64,000 bases of DNA from Cystobasidiomycetes sp. EMM_F5 (taxonomy: Eukaryota), in assembly GCA_051047955.1 (NCBI GenBank), contig JBPGPT010000016.1, forward strand, positions 186,001 to 250,000, read 5' to 3'. Both the position numbers and the translations under genes were made by a program. This document shows positions 60,367 to 64,000 of this stretch, in pieces. The notes beneath the pieces were generated by a model that had not been told where the DNA came from, ran no database searches, and saw only the letters and a list, made by a program, of their open reading frames with translations. How positions within the stretch are numbered: the first letter of the stretch is position 1; every line of letters starts with the position of its first letter.

Positions 60367-62286
60367 ATGAATCAGTATAATCACTTGGATCTCGACATCG
60401 CGAGCTTGCTAATGTAAGGATGCTCATTATTCGCTTGTGGTATCACGACAGGCTGACAGTGGAGTCACTTCGGCTGTAATCTTTCTTGCCCATCCAGCCA
60501 TGCCGACGGCGGATCGGACGAATTGGCCGTAGGAGTTCCCATAAGGTGCTTTGCTGCTCTGGTGATTAGATACGCTGTGCTTACGGGCCACTTAGTGTTT
60601 CTACAACATTTCGCCACGCTCGTCCGATAGAGAAGGCACGTCCTGCAACGAACGGTACGAGCTCGAGTACAGGCCTACTGCATCCGAGCGAGCCGGAAGG
60701 CTTCGATTCGTATACCGAAGGAGGACCCAAGACCAGCTGGGATCCAGCCGACCCGAAACGACATATTTATTCGAGATATACACAACCCACTCTAACGAGA
60801 GCTGAAAAGGTTCTCGGCGCCTTAACAGTATGCTTAACTTTTCTGTCCACTCGTCACTTTGGACCATCTTACTCATTCGTATAAGTAGCACGGTCATGCC
60901 CTTGCCTTTGGCTCGGGCCTTTCAGTACGTTTTGTAATTGAGGGCTCGGCTCTATTTGCCTGTCACTAATGCGCTTCCTTGACTCGCAGGCGATCTACGC
61001 AGTTCTATTACATTTTCAACCAGAAGTCATTGCAATTTCAGCAGGTTACCACGGATCCCACGAAACCATAGCTGTATACAGGAGGACGCGACCAGGCGTG
61101 CAAATTATAGACCTTGACGATGATTACACGCAGTACAAAGACAAGAAGCTATTGTGCTGGTGTGAGACACCGGTCAATCCTGACGGTCTTTGCCGGGATC
61201 TAGCAAAATGTGAGCCAACAGAGTAGGGTTCGCCATAATGGGTCAAGAGGCTAAAAATGTGCAAATGGAAGACGTCAAAAAGACACGGGAGGTTACAAAC
61301 GGCAAGATTGCAGTCGACGCTACATTTGGTCCACCTCCGTTACAGAATCCGTTCGAATTTGGAGTTGACCTGGTTATGCATAGCGGTACAAAGTGAGATG
61401 GGGACATTGTATCACCAGACCGTTGACTGAAGCCACGTCGCCTACGTAGGTACTTTTCCGGTCATTCGGACGCGCTCATTGGCGTTCTGGTCACGGAGGA
61501 TTCCTCAGAGTGGCAGAAGGTAGGGTTTCCATCTTTGTAAATGATCGCATGACGATCGGGCTCACTGCAAATCTAGCTATGGGAAATACGCACATTCACG
61601 GGAATGGTGCCAGGGTCACTTGAGACATGGCTGATTCTGCGATCATTGAGGACTGTCACTCTGGTAGGTGACGCGCAGACTCGCAACAGGGTCCGAAGTG
61701 ACGCAAAGTACATCTGCAGCGAGTCAAGCGTCAGTCCGAGACAGCAACGGCGTTAGCTCAGTGGCTCTATGAGGTCGCGTTGCACACTACCTCGAGTAAG
61801 CAAACGTACGACGGCTGCGTTAGTGGAGTGCTTGCGAGTGTGTCGCATGCTGCATTGCAAGGCAAATCCAAGGGAGCATTCGATCCGCTTGGCGGCGAGA
61901 AGCCTCTAATGACTGGTGGCCCAGCCTGTTTTGCGATAATGATGCAAAATTCCGAACAAGCTCAATGGCTGCCTCATGAGATGAAAATAATGGTGGTGAG
62001 TAATGCTGATCCACAGGAGATAAGAGAGCATGGACCGCATCTGACGAGTGTGATGCAGCCTGCTACTTCTCTTGGTGGAGTTGAATCTCTCATCGAATAC
62101 CGCCTGCAATCTGATGCAGCAGCGGATCCACGTTTGAGTAAGTTGCATGAGCCCAAGAGCGTTCAAAGTGTCTGATCCAAAGCACGACCAGTACGACTAA
62201 GTATTGGTCTTGAGGACTTAGAAGACTTGAAGGAGGACTTCAGGCGTGCTTTCAAAGCCGTCCAGCACCGCGGAGTGGAGACCTAG
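60367..62286 (+). CDS. Cys/Met-metabolism PLP-dependent enzyme (cystathionine gamma-synthase / beta-lyase-like), multi-exon
   Basis: IHAD, IS-VSTTF, HIYSRYTQP, GYHGSH, CETPVNP, VDATFGPP, PLP-lysine HSGTK-YFSGHSD, WLILRSLRT, ATSLGGVESLIE, RLSIGLED. Confidence 0.9.
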
Positions 62287-62466
62287 TCCGGGCAACGATT
62301 GCCAGTTTGTGTAGCGGTAACGTTGCGCTACTAATCGATAGAATGGGATGCATACAAGGATTGTTATGGAGCGAATGGTACTATGATGCGGTGGCTACAC
62401 GTGAAGCTTGTTCTTGCATCATCGTTTGCCAATACAATGATGCCTTGAATTGCAACAGCCAGCAGG

Positions 62467-63674
62467 ATGTCTGCGCAGCCTTGCCTATGGGAAGATGGAG
62501 CACTCCGAGGCATTGACGTTTCCGGCTGGTCCATCGTCACTTGCAAGAAACCAATATTGGCAGCCAAGGAGATCGACGAGTGCGAACCTCGTACGGCGAA
62601 GCTCTTGTATTCGCTGATACTGGCCTTATCAGAGCTACTGACAAACTCAGCATCCCGCTGCCGGAGATCACGTTTGGCAATAACTACGTTTCGCTGTCAA
62701 GAAAAGGCAAACAACCTCAATTCGGCCTGTCAAGCAGGGACAATGACGCTGATACGGACATCGCCTTCAAAACACTCGATGCATTGGCCGAAGTAGACCC
62801 GACCGGAAAGGACAATATCAAAGTCGCGTATGCAGACAAGTGGGCTAGTAGCCGAAACTTGGAAGGTTCAGGCGAAACTATCATTGAGACTGTCAAGAAC
62901 TTTGACTGGACGTATTCTACATCGTACACAGGGACGACCGGTCCATCGCTCGTTCGTGCACTAAGCAAACGATGATTGCCATGATAATGGCTAAATATGG
63001 TCTTCCCAGAGCTTCTCCCGCGCTCCTGATGGCCATATGGGCATACCGTTGCATAAGTTAGCAAGGCAAGACGAGCCGATCTTATTTTATGATGATGTGA
63101 CCCTTTTCGAGGATGAACTACATGACAATGGCATCGCTAATCTAAATGTGAAAATCGTAAGTAGGATTCTGACGTAATCGCGCCATGTTACTGATAGACG
63201 TGCATGAAGCGAGTCATGCCATCATGCTTCTTCGTTCTATGCCGCTTCTTTCTCCGGGTCGACCATGTGCTGTTCCGCATTTTCGATGTGCGCCTCTATC
63301 ATGAATTTGGCAGCCAGGTAATCATTAGAGAGACCAAGGGCAAGCAGGCAACATATGACGCTGTCAAAAGTCGTCTGCCGAGGGAACAAGCCGAAGACTT
63401 GACGCCCTTGACCGACCCGAACTGGGTTGCCACCAACCTGGGGATGTTAGAGCAGACTTCGAGCGAGCTTCCAGCAGGAGGAGGAGCTGCAATATCGGTA
63501 TCTCCAACGTCTTCACGCCGAGCAGTTGCAGCTGGCATCAGCGTGCCGGTACGACATCCGGTTGTTGCCCAATTTGATTCTGATACCAAGGCAAACGAGC
63601 GTGCAATGCCTTCAGGGCAGACTTTGCCGTCTTGGACAGCTCTCGGCACGCATGTATACCTAGCGAGCGTCTGA
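62467..63674 (+). CDS. TIP41: TIP41-like PP2A regulator
   Basis: KKPIL, IPLPEITFGNN, FDWTYSTSYTGT, ILFYDDVTLFEDELHDNG, RVMP..FF.L.RFFLRVD.VLFR. Confidence 0.94.
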
Positions 63675-63714
63675 TGCAGTAGAGTCGTTGCGTACAAAGC
63701 CAGGGGCAAGCCTT

Positions 63715-64000
63715 TCATGTGGGCAATAAGTTATCCAAGCCGTCGCGAATGAGTGTTTCCCATAGAAAAGTGATTCCTTCTTGATGAGCTTTGGCAAAGA
63801 AACTGTCTTTGACTGTTTCGCTCGCACGCGCGATGATTTCGAGGTCTTCCGGCTGCTCGACACCCAATCTCTGCAATGCTGTCTTGATTGGCGAAATGCG
63901 TTCTGCACTCAGATACGTAGGCGTCAAAGATCTGATGAATGCATCGAGTTCATCCGACGGGACCAAACCAGCATCAACATTGGCGACCATCGTTTGCATC
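63715..64000 (-). CDS. 3' end of an unknown gene extending beyond the window
   Basis: Open frame from the window edge to a stop at 63715, with helical protein-like composition. Confidence 0.5.
   Translation of the reverse strand, partial: MQTMVANVDAGLVPSDELDAFIRSLTPTYLSAERISPIKTALQRLGVEQPEDLEIIARASETVKDSFFAKAHQEGITFLWETLIRDGLDNLLPT

Overview
Compact, intron-rich fungal nuclear DNA, probably basidiomycete (inferred from short GT-AG introns of about 45-65 nt with CTRAY branch sites and very short intergenic spacers). About 30 protein-coding genes can be assembled by manual splicing: Utp8-like, phospholipase B, a thioredoxin-like membrane protein, SWT1-like PIN nuclease, a SnoaL-like protein, ARA2-like aldo-keto reductase, two tandem MDR oxidoreductases, a START-domain protein, EMP24, PRP8 (no intein at the usual site), NCS1/FRQ1, AFG1, a DHA2-type MFS transporter, PUS7, EMC10, IML2, UFE1/syntaxin-18, DPH1, SmG, a large protein with degenerate KH-like repeats, a CAP/PR-1 protein, an F-box protein, a GNAT, MET2, a Cys/Met PLP lyase, TIP41 and a few unknowns. 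The most notable signals are RNA genes that the ORF track cannot show: a U2 snRNA gene interrupted by a 56-nt spliceosomal intron in stem-loop IIa and lacking a canonical Sm site; a likely box C/D snoRNA in the long DPH1 intron with 12-nt complementarity to a conserved LSU rRNA motif; and a tRNA-Thr(AGT) with an Ala-like body. No transposon, CRISPR array or rRNA was seen. All gene names come from motif recognition by eye, not from database searches. Exon boundaries are manual estimates.
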